From assembly GCF_018350175.1 (NCBI RefSeq), contig NC_058368.1, forward strand, positions 1,860,001 to 1,924,000: a DNA stretch of 64,000 bases. Direction: 5' to 3'. Every line of letters begins with the position of its first letter. Position 1 is the first letter of the stretch. This document shows, in pieces, positions 14,091-26,586 of the stretch. The notes below the pieces were generated by a model. The model saw nothing but the letters and a program-made list of their open reading frames with translations. It was not told the DNA's origin and ran no database searches. Both the position numbers and the translations under genes were made by a program. The stretch is from Felis catus (taxonomy: Eukaryota).

Positions 14091-14307
14091 TGTTTTATTT
14101 ATTTTTGAGAGAATGAGAGAGAGAGCGAGAGCAAACACGTGATCAGGGGAGGGACAGAAAGAAAGAGAGACACAGAATCCGAAGCAGCCTCCAGGTTCTG
14201 AGCCATCAGCACAGAGCCTGACGTGGGGCTCAAACCCATGAACTTCAAGATCATGACCTGAGTTGAGGTCAGATGCTTAACATTAGACTGAGCCACCCAG
14301 GCACCCC
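14050..14307 (-). mobile_element. CanSINE with (TTTA)n tail
   Basis: TSD tgtatggttccattta at 14034-14049 and 14308-14323. Confidence 0.92.
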
Positions 14308-14669
14308 TGTATGGTTCCATTTAAATAAAACATCCAGAATAACAATTATCTATAGAGACAGAATGTGGATTAGCAGTTGCTATTAAAAGGGAGTGGAGGT
14401 GAGTGGGAATGCAGGGTGGGAATGTTAAAGGGTATGCTATGGGGTTTCTTATTGGAGTGATAAATATTCCTTATATCAACGGTGGTGATGGTTGCACAAC
14501 TCTGAGTAAACTTTAAAGAAAACACTTAACTGTACATTTTAAATGTGTGACTTGTATGGTATGTGAATTATATCACAATGCTTTTAAAAAAACAATATAT
14601 CTTAGGTCTCAAAATGTATGCTATGTCCACATGTATCTTTTTCTAAAAAATTCCAAACTTAAGTTTTTA

Positions 14670-14893
14670 TTTTTTTTATTTTCTTTTAAAAAAAATTTTT
14701 TTAACGTTTATTTATCTTTGAGACAGAGCATGAACAGGGGAGGGTCAGAGAGAGAGAGACACAGAATCTGAAACAGGCTCCAGGCTCTGAGCTGTCAGCA
14801 CAGAGCCCGACTCGGGGCTCGAACTCACGGACCGCGAGATCATGACCTGAGCCGAAGTCGGCCGCTTAACCGACTGAGCCACCCAGGCGCCCC
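14670..14893 (-). mobile_element. CanSINE
   Basis: Full head; TSD aaacttaagttttta. Confidence 0.92.
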
Positions 14894-14955
14894 AAACTTA
14901 AGTTTTTAAATATGAATCCTCAATTAAGAATACAGTTGTAGGACTTTGTTTTTTT

Positions 14956-15186
14956 ATTTTAAAAAAAAAAAAATTTTTTTTTCAATGTTCATTTATTTTT
15001 GGGACAGAGAGAGACAGAGCATGAACGGGGGAGGGGCAGAGAGAGAGGGAGTCACAGAATCGGAAACAGGCTCCAGGCTCTGAGCCATCAGCCCAGAGCC
15101 TGACGTTGGGGCTCAAACTCACGGACCGCGAGATCGTGACCTGGCTGAAGTCGGACGCTTAACCGACTGCGCCACCCAGGCGCCCC
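14956..15186 (-). mobile_element. Young SINEC_Fc-like SINE
   Basis: Diagnostic gccatcagccca and ctggctgaag; TSD gactttgtttttt. Confidence 0.92.
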
Positions 15187-15277
15187 AAGACTTTGTTTTT
15201 TTAATGATTTTATTTTTAAGTAATCTCTACACCCAATGTGGGGCTTTAACCCACAAACCCAAGATCAAGAGTCTCAT

Positions 15278-15522
15278 GGGGGCACCTGTGTGGCTCAGTC
15301 AGTTGAGCTTCTGACTTCGGCTCAGGTCATGATCTTGCAGTTTGTGGGTTCAAGCTCCGCATCAGGCTCTGTGCTGACAACTCAGAGACTGGAGCCTGCT
15401 TCGGATTCTGTGTCTCCCTGTCTCTGCACCTACCCTGCTAGCACTCTATCTCTCTGTCTGCCTCTCTCAAAAATAAACAAACATTTTAAAAAAACCTTTT
15501 TTTTATTTTTAAGGAAAAAAAA
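15278..15522 (+). mobile_element. CanSINE inserted into a short minus-strand CanSINE (about 15205-15550)
   Basis: Host halves ...ccaagatcaagagtc and ...ggtgcccc flank the insert. Confidence 0.85.
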
Positions 15523-15740
15523 AAGTCATATGTTCTATTCTTGGTGCCCCAAGAATACTTTTAATGAAACCACAAGACATAATGTACCAAGTAGACATTT
15601 TAGATGACTTATAAACATGGGTTTAAAATGTTAAAGTCTTCCATATATGACAATTCCCCACTTCCTTCTTTTTTGTGAAGGAAATTGATATATAATGAGG
15701 AATATTTACTATCCTCAGTGCATTAAAAACTAGAGACCCT

Positions 15741-15938
15741 GGGGGCTCCTTGGTGGCTCAGTGGGTTAAGTGTCTGACTTCGGCTCAGGCCATGATCTCA
15801 TGGTTCATGGGTTCAATCCCCAAGTCAGGCTCTGTGTTGACAGCTCAGAGCCTGGAGCCTGCTTTGAATTCTCTGTCTCCCTCTCTCTGTCCCTTCCCCT
15901 CTCACACTCTGTCTCTCAAAAATAAATAAATGTTAAAA
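15741..15938 (+). mobile_element. CanSINE
   Basis: Head, (CT)n and tail. Confidence 0.9.
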
Positions 15939-17820
15939 AGAGAGCGCACGCGCCTAAGATTAAAAATGCAAAAGACTATAGTATATCATGTTTACCCCAA
16001 TTAGATTACATTTCCATTACTTTCTTACAGTTAATGCTACACGTTTAGATGTGGATAAATGTTTTGGTGGTTAGGGCAGAGAACTTTCAAAGGTTATCTA
16101 GCTCTTTTTTGCATTCCATTCCAATATGTTGGTTACTTACCTATCCTAGTGTAGGATTAGCCATCAAAACAGATGTGAAGAGAGAGAAAAGGCCTAATTC
16201 CCTCTAACAAGCAACTTAAAAATCCGATTCAAGGCTGAGCTGCAGAATCACAATAATAATATTAGTCACTGGTATATCCACCAGAACTGTCTAGGGTGGG
16301 TGGTTGTGTAATCTTCATATATAAAGATCACCCTATCAGCCCCCTGTCAGTAGAACAGTGACTTTGCATTAACTGGTTACAGATTCGCACACACACTTTT
16401 TTTCCCAGTGCAAATAATGGTCAAATCTGCTAAAAGACAAATGATCAGGGTAGAAAGTACAGTTCTACCCATGGCAAAAGCAGTTTACTTAACCGATAAA
16501 AAGATTAAACCCACATGGTCTTAATGCTCTCTCTAAACCACAGCTTTCTAAAACCAATGAAAAAACCCTCCCATCAAAATTAAAATGCATAGAAAGGCCT
16601 TCAAGAATTTACTGTAGATATTAATAAACAAAAACCCTATATACAATTGTAATTCTTGAGTATTCACTACTCACTCAAACCTAACACATGGGAAAAACAT
16701 GGATTTAGTGGAGCTCTTTTACCATCTTCCCATCAATATCATTCTGCAAATAATACAATCTTAAACTCGATACTTCAGAGCACAGCACAGGATTACCATG
16801 TAAGTAGCGGCATTCATTAAGAATTTATGGAACTGATAACCTAGACAGTTCACGGAATTAAGAACTCAATGGATTCCTTTATAAATAATTAAGTAATTTT
16901 AAAGAAAGTCATTTTCTAATGAGAAATCCTGCATTTAAAGGAATTAAGTCAGATCTGCCCAACAGACACCTACATAAATGATCTAACTTACTGAGCCAAA
17001 GGGGCACCAAAGACCCTGCTCTTGGCACACAGGGTTCGACTGTTAAGTTGCCTGTGGCCTTAAACTACTAAGCAATTAAGAGAGTTAAAAAGTTAAGCTT
17101 CCTCTTGGGGAGACTTCTTCTACTGCTCAATCCATTCCTCCCTGCTCCTGTATGGATTCGAACTACATAAAGTAGTAAGTGAAAAATCCATGGGCTCACG
17201 AAGAGAAAATAAAACTGCACAGCCCTGTTCATGCAGAAGCAAAGAACTTAGCGGGCATCCTCTTGTTCACTCTCCAACCACCTGCAGGTTGACATCAAAA
17301 ATCAGTTTTGTTAACTGTCTCCTACAGCCAAAGGCCCTACTGTCTCTGGTAGTTATATGTAACTACAGTATGTATAATGGGATAATAACTGCAAGTCATT
17401 AGGGGGATATCACAGGCAAGAAAACAGATATAAGAACTACCAAGTTCAAAGTTCAACTACAAAATATTTTTCAAAATATTACAGTATAGTGAACACATAA
17501 TTTAGCATAATCAATCGTAACCTAAGATTGAAGGACTACTCTCGACATAACCTTTCCTTCTAATGGCCTGAAGTCAGAAATTCTTCTGGCTGGTTCCTCC
17601 TGGATATGTTTCTTATAAAGCAGAAATATACCTGGAAGGATAATACAACTACTTCATACACTGGTTAATGACTTTACAGATCGACTTTCCTTTTAAAGTG
17701 TATAATACCAGTATAGAGAACAGTTTGGGGAAGAACTAAAAAAAAAAAAAAAAAAAGAATTGAAGAAGAAACTTCGTAATGGCTTTATACATCCTCTCTC
17801 TCCCTCCCTCTCTCTCTCTC

Positions 17821-17837
17821 ACACACACAGACACACA

Positions 17838-17890
<53 letters not shown>
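17821..17890. repeat. (CA)n microsatellite
   Basis: Directly visible. Confidence 0.95.
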
Positions 17891-17892
<2 letters not shown>

Positions 17893-17907
17893 AAAAACTC
17901 TATCAGT

Positions 17908-18112
17908 GGGGCGCCTGAGGGGCTCAGTCGGTTAAGCGTCCGACTTCGGCTCAGGTCATGATCTCACAGTTCGTGAGTTGGAGCCCCGCATCGGGCTGTG
18001 GGCTGACAGCTCGGAGCCTGGAGCCCACTTCAGATTCTGTGTCTCCCTCTGTCTGCCCTCTGTTGCTTACACTCTCTCACATTATCTCAAAAATAAATAA
18101 ACATTAAAAAAA
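17908..18112 (+). mobile_element. CanSINE
   Basis: TSD core actctatcag on both sides. Confidence 0.9.
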
Positions 18113-18949
18113 ATTTTTTTTTGACTCTATCAGATACTGATGTCTACCACTTTGCTCCCTACTTCTGAACAAACCTGGACAAAGCTGATCAAAACAGCAT
18201 TTGAGAGCTAAGAAACTTGGGTCTAGGTGGCAGGCATGCCATGCATCCTAAAGCTTACTATCTTCCTCACTACCTGAACTGCATCCTAGGCTATCTAAAA
18301 ATCCACATCATTGGCTTATCTAGTACGTGTAAGATCGCATTTTATTGCTTCAATTCTGACTTCTTTCCCTTCGGCAATAAATAGGTTCATCTCTCCAAAG
18401 TACAAAGTACAAACCCAAACGAAAGGTTCATGTGTCTCAAATCCTCATTCCATTCCTCACAGTTCATGGTCTATGGAATATCTACACTTTCTACCTCATC
18501 AATGACCAATCACTACTCATTCACTGAAATGGCTTTTGCGCAATGCATAAACAGCTCTTCACATGACTATCTATGTCCTGATACCCAATCTACGTCTTCC
18601 CTGTCAGTATCAGAGTATGTCTATTACCTTTATTTTTTGAAACGCCCACGTATCTTTGCTTCCCAGACTACTCACCTGGTTATCCCCTCTGCTTATCTAA
18701 ACTGCCCACTGCCCTGCTCAATCTCTTTTGCTTCTTCCTGGTTCTTACTACTGTTGGAGCCAAAGATGCTACCACTGATCTTCTCTGCTTCTCTTTGATC
18801 TTTCTCACTCCCTTTACTTCAGTGGCTCCATAACAGGAATATCTCCCAAAACTTTATCCTCACCCTTAATCTTCCTCTATAACTTACCCTGACAACAGGC
18901 AGTTGATCCATATGGCACGATTTCTAACCCTTGACATGACTGATATTTT

Positions 18950-19430
18950 TAAAGACTTGAGACTTTATGCACATACTACACAATTTACTCATTGACTGTA
19001 CAACTCAACGGTTTTTCAAGTTATACGACTGTCACCATGATATAATTTTAGAACACTTTCATCTCCAAAATGGAGCTCTATGCACTTAAGCCATCATCTC
19101 CTACTTCCTCCAACCTCCTGGCCCTAGGTAACTACTCATCTGTCTGTCTCCACAGACCTGCCTACTCTGAACATTTCCTACGAATGGAATTCTACAACAT
19201 GCAGTCTTTTGTGAATGAATTCTTTCACTTAAGATGTATGATGTTTCCAAGATGTATCCATTTTGTTGCATGTATCAGTACCAGCCTTCCTTTTTATTGA
19301 TGAATAATATTCTGCTATGTGAGTAAACCACATTTATCCATTCATCAGCTGATGGCTACTTGGCTCACTTCCACTTGTTGCCCATTATAAATAATACTGC
19401 TAAGTACATTCACATAAAAGTTTTTGTATG
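18950..19430 (-). mobile_element. Old L1 (L1M-type) 3' region
   Basis: Reverse-oriented L1 3'UTR motifs (tttagaacactttcatctccaaaa, tatccattcatcagctgatgg). Confidence 0.75.
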
Positions 19431-19630
19431 GGTCACTATTGACCTTTTGGGCACAGTAACTGCTTCTCGTGGGAACTGTCCTGTGCATTCTAGGGTGTCT
19501 AGTGATACCCCCGGCCTCTACTCACCAGTTGCCTAAGTAGCACTCCCCTAGTTGTGATAACCAAATATGTCTCCAGACATGGCCAAATGTCCCAAGTATG
19601 CAAAATCACCCCAACTGAGAACCCCTGCTG
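19431..19630. mobile_element. MER20-like hAT-Charlie MITE
   Basis: gtcctgtgcatt...ggcctctactcacca...aaatatgtctccagacatggccaaatgtccc...aaaatcaccccaactgagaacccctg. Confidence 0.8.
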
Positions 19631-20186
19631 TAGAGTTAGGATTTCTTTAGCGAAACACTGTATGCACATTAATCTTGACCCAAGATCACTGCAAATTAAT
19701 TATGACAGGACTAACAGTCTTAAATACTAATAAATATCTCAATATTCAATCCGTGTATTCTTTTCATTAATATCTCTCTGCACATCTTAGCTCCACTGTT
19801 GAGTCAGTGTCCACTGGCTTCACAATAACATTTTTAGGTCATAATTTACACATTTCTCTGTAAGAAATTTCCAAAAGCTTCAGCAGTCAGTTACTCAAAA
19901 TTTCCTCCCAAGCAACCTAATATATATTTCAGGTTATAAGCATGTCCTTTCATTTATCAACAAATATTTATGTAATACCTACTAAATATAAAATTGGTAG
20001 GCTGAGCATGCATATCTAACCCTATAGATCATTTATTCATATGAATAATTTCTCCTATCAATTCTTTTGGTATTCCAAATTAGAAACTGATGTTAGGGCA
20101 ACTAAATCACACATTAACAGACACAGTAATCATTCACCACCATGACATATATCAGGTACTTCCTACTTCCCCAGCCTCTTCCACAT

Positions 20187-20390
20187 TTATTTATTTATTT
20201 ATTAAATGTTTTATTTATTTTTGAGAGCAAGAAAGAGCATGAGCAGGGGAGGGGCAGAGAGAGGGAGACACAGAATCCAAAGCAGGCTCCAGGCTCTAAG
20301 CTGTGAGCAGAGCCTGACGCAGGGCTCAAACTCATGAACTGTGAGATCATACCCTGAGCCAAAGTGGGACGCTTAACTAACTGATCCCGC
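20187..20390 (-). mobile_element. CanSINE
   Basis: cacagaatccaaagcaggctccaggctct core. Confidence 0.88.
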
Positions 20391-20439
20391 CCCCCCCTCC
20401 CCGCATCCCACCTCTTCTACCTTTCTAATCAATGGTCAA

Positions 20440-21440
20440 ACATCTGTTGGGATACCTGATATCCACATGCAAAAGAATAAAGCTGGACCACTATCTCACA
20501 TCACCCATAAAACTTAACCCAAAACAGATCAAAGTCTTCAATATAAGAGCTTATATGTAAGAAGCCAGTCTTAGAAGAAAACACAGGCATAAATTTTCAT
20601 GACCTTGGATAAAGCAATGATTTCTGAGATATGACAACAAATGAAAAAATAAATTGGACATCATCAAAATGCAAATTTTCTGTGTTTCAAAGGACAACAT
20701 AAAAAAGTAAAATGCGACTTACAGAAATGGAGGAAATACGTGAAAATCGTGTATTTAAGAGACTTGTATCCAGAACATAAAAGAACTATTACAACTCAAT
20801 TTTAAACAGACAAACCAATTAAAGTATAGACAAAGGATCTGAATAGCAGTTTTCCAAAGAAGATAAACAATGGCCTATACCTACATAAAATGTTTAATAA
20901 ATTAACCATCAGGGTAACGCAAATCAAAACACAATGAGATCCTGCTTCGTACGAAATAGGATGGCTATGACACACAGATTACGAAGTCTTAGCCAGGATG
21001 TAGAGAATCTGGAACACTCATATACTGCTGGTGGGAATGTAAAATGGTACAGCTACTCCAGAAAACAGCTTGGCAATTCCTCAAAAGGTTAAACACAGAG
21101 TTTCCATATGACCCAGCAATTCTACTCCTAGGTATATCTCACAGAAATGAAAACATAAGTCCAAACATAAACTTACAATGAATGCTCACAGCAGCAGCAT
21201 TATTCACAGTAACCAAAGAGTTGAAACCACCCGTCAATAAGTTGATCAATGGATAAATAAAAAATGTGGCATATCTTTACGACAAAAAATTATGTATATA
21301 TAGAGACAGAAAGAGAGAAAAAGAAAGGGACAAAATGTTTTCAACTGGTGAATCTTGGTAGTAGGGCATACAGCAATTCTTTGAATTACTCTTACAGTTA
21401 TCTCTGAATGTTTAGAATTACATCAAAATAAAAAGATGCA
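20440..21440 (+). mobile_element. Old L1 ORF2-end/3'UTR fragments
   Basis: atccacatgcaaaagaat, gtgggaatgtaaaatggtacagctact, gacccagcaattctactcctaggtatat. Confidence 0.82.
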
Positions 21441-21547
21441 AAAGAGAAGCAAATTATAAAAAATTATGAATAAGGATTGATACTGACAATTTAATACAGC
21501 CTCATTTAACATGATATCATTGCAAATGATCAAATATATTTGATACA

Positions 21548-21750
21548 GGGGCACCTGGGTGGCTCGGTTTGTTAAGCATACAACTTCAGCTCAGGTCATG
21601 ATCTCACGGTCCGTGAATTTGAGCCCCACATCAGGCTCTGTGCTGACAGCATGAAGCCTGGAGCCTGCTTCAGATTCTGCGTCTCCCTCTCTCTCCGCCC
21701 TCCCCCCACTCATGCTCTCTCTTTCCTTCAAAAATAAACATTAAAAAAAA
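21548..21750 (+). mobile_element. CanSINE
   Basis: Head and tail. Confidence 0.9.
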
Positions 21751-24080
21751 TTGTTTTTAATATATATATATGCTACAAGATACATATTTTACAAGGTCCA
21801 CTTGCTACTCATCTATCTTAAAAGATAAATCATTTGTAAAAAGCCATCCACTTAATACATATAACTAGGTTAAACTTGTTCTATAGGCCCTCTTAAAGGT
21901 ACAAAGCTTAATATCCAATTCCCTCCCCACTGACTGAATAGATCACCAAGAAATTCCCAAAATTAGAAATTATATCAGAATTGGATTCCGTTTAATTAGC
22001 ACTGAAAATGTAGCTTAGTTTAACTCCACTGCCATGCTCTTTCTCCTACACTTAAAGCTAACCCACTTAAAGGAAGGACTAGGGAGCCAACAAATGGCGA
22101 CTATGCGAACTACGCTCACGAAAGAATTCATTTGTAAGTCACGAAGTAGAATATCCAAAGGTCAAGATGGAGACTTACTTTTCTTTAAACAAGGAATTAT
22201 TTCCTTTGGGAACACTGTAGCTGTGCTTATTATTTTCAGATGACAGGTTTTCCAAAGCTTTATCTAAATACTTTATAAAAATATTTTATGTGTGTGTATC
22301 TTTAGACAAACTTTGTTTCCAAACTCCCAGAGCACTGTTTCCCTCTACAAAACAGTCACTCTTCAGCCAACTACATTTCCCCCTAACGCAGAGACTTTAA
22401 AATTGGCTCCAATATATGCAGTGTAACTTTTGTTGATTTTCCCTACATTTATAATTAATGTTTTGATAGCTCCATATGGTCTGTTACTTTTTAAATCTGT
22501 CTCTAAGTTTTTCAACATCTTTCCTTTTCTTACTAACAAAAACTGGAGCAAAACTTACACTGCAACACTCAAAGGGGAAATTTTTAAAAAAGCAAACTTA
22601 AAATATGTGCCTTTTAACAACCCCAAAAAGAATATACTGAAGACATAAAATAAATTACTTGTAGAAAAATGATTAAAGAGCAAGGATAAAAAGGGAAAGT
22701 AATTACCGTCACTGTGAGCTCTGCCCCATAAAGCAGCAGCTCACTAGGACTGCCTTGGGGAAAGAAAACTGGAGAACTCAGGGTCTAAGTCACAGACTCA
22801 ACACCCTGTATACAACACATAGTTAGTTTTCTACTACATGAATGTGTTAACTTGAAAATAGAAGAAAACACTGTACTTCACCCTACCTGACCCCTTTAAA
22901 ATTTAAAATTTTACCAGCCAAAAACATTTGGTGATCTCTATGTATGTGAATGTAACAACCCTCGGCTCTGTTGGGATAAAGGGGTCTCATCCTAAATCTC
23001 TGATACGGCTGAATACGTATTTCCTGTTTGCTTATCGCCTTTTTTCTCCTAAACAGATTCCCTCTCCCCCTCATCCAGGTCCCCAGGAGGAGACTGATTA
23101 AAGACACATACAACAGATTAGATTTCCTATATATCAGATCAAGAAAAAAGAGCATAACGCAGACAGCTAGCTGATGAACTTCTTTATTCAAAGAAGCTAT
23201 TACAAGCTCAATGAATAGTAGCTAACTCCTGAGAGTTTTAAATGTATTACTACCTTAAATTCACTTAACTATCCATATCCCCATTTTATATTTGGAATAA
23301 CTGAGACTCAGAGACTTTAAGTAATCTGCCTAACATCAGCTAAGAATTTGTCTGATTCAGCTATGAAAAAATTAAGAGACACTAGGTAGTATTGCTTTCA
23401 ATCTATCAACAGGCAGTAAATGTTCTAGAAAGCAAATCATAAACCTTAAACTAAGAACCTGCTTTATAAAATACAAATTTCTCTACTTCAATAACTGATT
23501 TTTTAAAAAGCAGATATATGTACCTACAATGCAACTCACTTAAACTTATTTTATATTACTAATAATTAGCTAGAAATAAAAGTTTGAGATTTTTATTTTA
23601 AAAAAGGTCACCAAAGAATAACTGTATTACTTACCTTGTTATCCACACTTGAATAATACCGTCAACCATAAAAATCAAATTAGAGCATGAAAAATTAGTC
23701 TTTAAGGTCAGCCAAAAAAATCCAACATAATTACATGTTACACAGAGAAAATGATTCAGTTTCTTGATAGAAATGCGCTTCCCACCTTTTTCCTTTTCCT
23801 TCCTAAGAAACACTGCTATTCCTTAGTTAGCAATAGCCCCACTATCCACTAAATGCTTTCATTTATTGAACTCTTTTCTATAAAGTTGTGAATGAAATTT
23901 TAAATCTTGTAAGTCGTCCACTACATTGTATATTATAAAAAGAAAAAAACTAAATTCCATTTCTAAAAAAAGCGTATTTTCTTTCAACAATGTGCTTTAC
24001 AAACCTGCAAAGATAAAACATTTTTAGCCATAATTAAGTAATCTATGAAAATCACCACAATTCAGTTGTTAAAAGGATAT

Positions 24081-24234
24081 AATTTGGAGGAAGAAAGTTC
24101 CAGCTCAAGACTTGATTGGCGAGGGCAAGGTAACGCTGAAATACCGAAGACATCTGAGCATTGAGGTTTTCCCGCCTGCTGAATTCCTGAAGAACTTCAA
24201 CTGTTAGCATGAAGATCTGACGAAGGTCTTCTTC
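24081..24234 (-). CDS. XPO4: Exportin-4 coding exon 6 (154 nt), EEDLRQIFMLTVEVLQEFSRRENLNAQMSSVFQRYLALANQVLSWNFLPPN
   Basis: Inside ORF 24052..24252. Acceptor tattacag|GAA; ends at the U12-type donor AATT|atatcctttt. Confidence 0.97.
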
Positions 24235-24973
24235 CTGTAATAAATAAATCACACGTATTTTTCGATCAAAAGCTTATTCAAAATGTATTCCCATTTAAGA
24301 ACCATAAAACAAAATAAACAAAACCCCTAAAATTTCCGATGGAAACCACTACCTCCTTAAGAAAATTTTCCATTTTTAGGCCTGCTCATAATTTATAGCA
24401 CAGTATGCTTCCCAGTGACACCGGTCGGAACGCATCTACTATAATACAAATGCTCGAGAAGTCGAGTCTTTGACAGCTACTACAGAGCTGGAGGGGGTCA
24501 GTTGCTTTGGTGCAGAGCCCTCGGATTTAAGCCAATGCCTTCACATAACTTTACTTCAGAGCCAAACAATACATATGAGACAAAGAGCCCACACCATCTG
24601 CAATAACATTTTAACTACATGGCCCTCGTTGGCATTCTGCCAGGCCTATTTTAAGGCCAGCGGAGTCCTACCAATTGAATTAGTTGTATCTGAACGCAGT
24701 AAGAACAGCGTAACTAATCTAAGGATGTTTGGAGCGGTATTTCCTTTTTGTTTTGTTTAAAGACTAGAATTAACAAGAAATCTTAAATTGTTAGCTATGT
24801 GCACCAAGTCTCTATCCTATCCCATCCTTTATCCTTTACTAAATACTATGAAATTGCAACACAAATCTTCAAGTAGAGGCCATCACTCAACTAGACAAAA
24901 TAAGTGTTCTTACTCCATTAGGAAAAGACTGTGTTAACAATCTAATAAAACGTAAAAACAAAAATACCAATAC

Positions 24974-25090
24974 CTGAAAAACTCTTTTGCAGTTGCCATG
25001 GAATTCCATACTGAGTCCAATGTTGCTAGTTTTACTTGAACTTGAGAATTCGCTCAATAGTGCAGTTAGAATAGAACAGGCCAAAGTTTG
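24974..25090 (-). CDS. XPO4: Exportin-4 coding exon 5 (117 nt), QTLACSILTALLSEFSSSSKTSNIGLSMEFHGNCKRVFQ
   Basis: Overlaps ORF 24887..25084. Acceptor aattacag|CAA, donor CAG|gtattg; phase 0-0. Confidence 0.97.
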
Positions 25091-26586
25091 CTGTAATTAT
25101 TTGATAAGAAACAACTGTAAGGCATTATTTTCTCCCAATGTTTTGCTTCAATACAGCATTTGTTTAAAGAACATTTTCTATCTTTAGATCTTACACCTAC
25201 CAGTCACAAAACTAGACATGACAAAGTAAAGATAGCTCTTCTTTCTAAGTAGCCTAGTAATCAACTTCAGTTATACAAATCCATCTATGACTTGAACTCG
25301 GGACATACATGTATTCAATCATGGAGTGCAAATGACATTTCAAGATTATCAATGGTGAATGTATCACTTCATTCACTTCACACAACAATCCATATCCCCA
25401 TTTACAGTTGAACAAGTAAGATTTGGAGAGGTAAGTAATTAAGGCCAGCTGAGATTTGAATCCAGGTCTGTCTATGTTCTCATGTCTATAAAGTGCATAG
25501 ATGAAAAATGCAACAGATTTTATAGCATCCAGAACATTAAATGGAATAGTTCACAAAAGTTTTTTAAATGAAAACTGAAGATGGTCGTTCTTAATGGCTC
25601 TATCCAACAGGCTCCTAATATCAACTTGTTGCTTTTATTCATAGACTATTTAGATTTAGAGTCAAGGTGCCAAGGATGGAGAGGATACAAATTATTTTGG
25701 CAAGTTTCCAGGGGTTAAACAGAAATATGCACACTACCTCGGAACAACCGAAAGATTAAAGTCAAGATGATACTATTTATGCGAGCTTATACAACAGCTG
25801 AACACAGTTCTACCCGCCCACCAACTGCAACATCTTTGTTCAGAAATGCTTCTGATGTCAGTACCTTGACCTTACAGATGCTTATCTTGGCAAATCTTAG
25901 CAAATATACATAAAATTAAATTCCTAATGGCATGAGTTGACATTTGCTAACGCTGAATGAAGGATGATTACATGGATGACCAATATACTCTATGTCTATT
26001 TTTGTACATGTCTGAGACTTTCTTCTAAAAACTGTAAAAAGAATTAAATTCCTATCTGCCTCTTTATCTCAACTAAAATAAACATGCATGTCTGTATAAC
26101 TAATATTTATGGATGGCACACTAGCTCATACATTCAAGCAGTTTTTAGACTTTTTCACACTAGGGAAGCTTAATAATAGAGAATATATGCAAATTCCCTC
26201 GGGAATCTCGGGTATAGACCAAGCTGCCTTCAACAATGGTAAAAGTACTCTTAATACGCCCAGTTTAGTTTAAACACACACACACACTCTCTCTCTTTGT
26301 AACTTTACTTCAAGATATACATTTCTTTTATTATAAAAACGTCCTCCCTTCCCCAAATCATCAGGAGAAGTGTACAAGCTTACCTGCCTCTGCATGGCCC
26401 CAGGCATATGAGGAAGAAACCTGGTCTGAGAAACCAAGCACTAAAGAGCCTCTTATAGAGAACACAGTCTGTCACATACTCACTTCATTCTACACATTAA
26501 AGGGATCTTAGAAATTCATCTTGTACCTTCCCTCTTTTTTCTTTTTTTAGTTAAAAAAAAATTGTAGCTTAAAATATGGCTTTCTT

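Larger units (their letters stand above)
9720..14590 (+). mobile_element. Nested L1 cluster: old L1 ORF2/3'UTR interrupted by a second L1 (10856-12420), a carnivore L1 3' end (12431-13180) and several SINEs
   Basis: ORF2-like peptides (DLNKRKDIPCS, ILPKFIYRF, EPKCPSMDEWIKKMW); three separate L1 3' ends; TSDs described in findings. Confidence 0.85.
3195..24080 (-). other. XPO4: U12-type (minor spliceosome) AT-AC intron of XPO4, 20,886 nt
   Basis: 5' end ATATCCTTTT (reverse complement of 24071-24080). Branch-like GACCTTGAC at 3213-3205, with the A about 12 nt from the terminal AC at 3196-3195. This junction restores the expected NLGRHY peptide. Confidence 0.95.
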
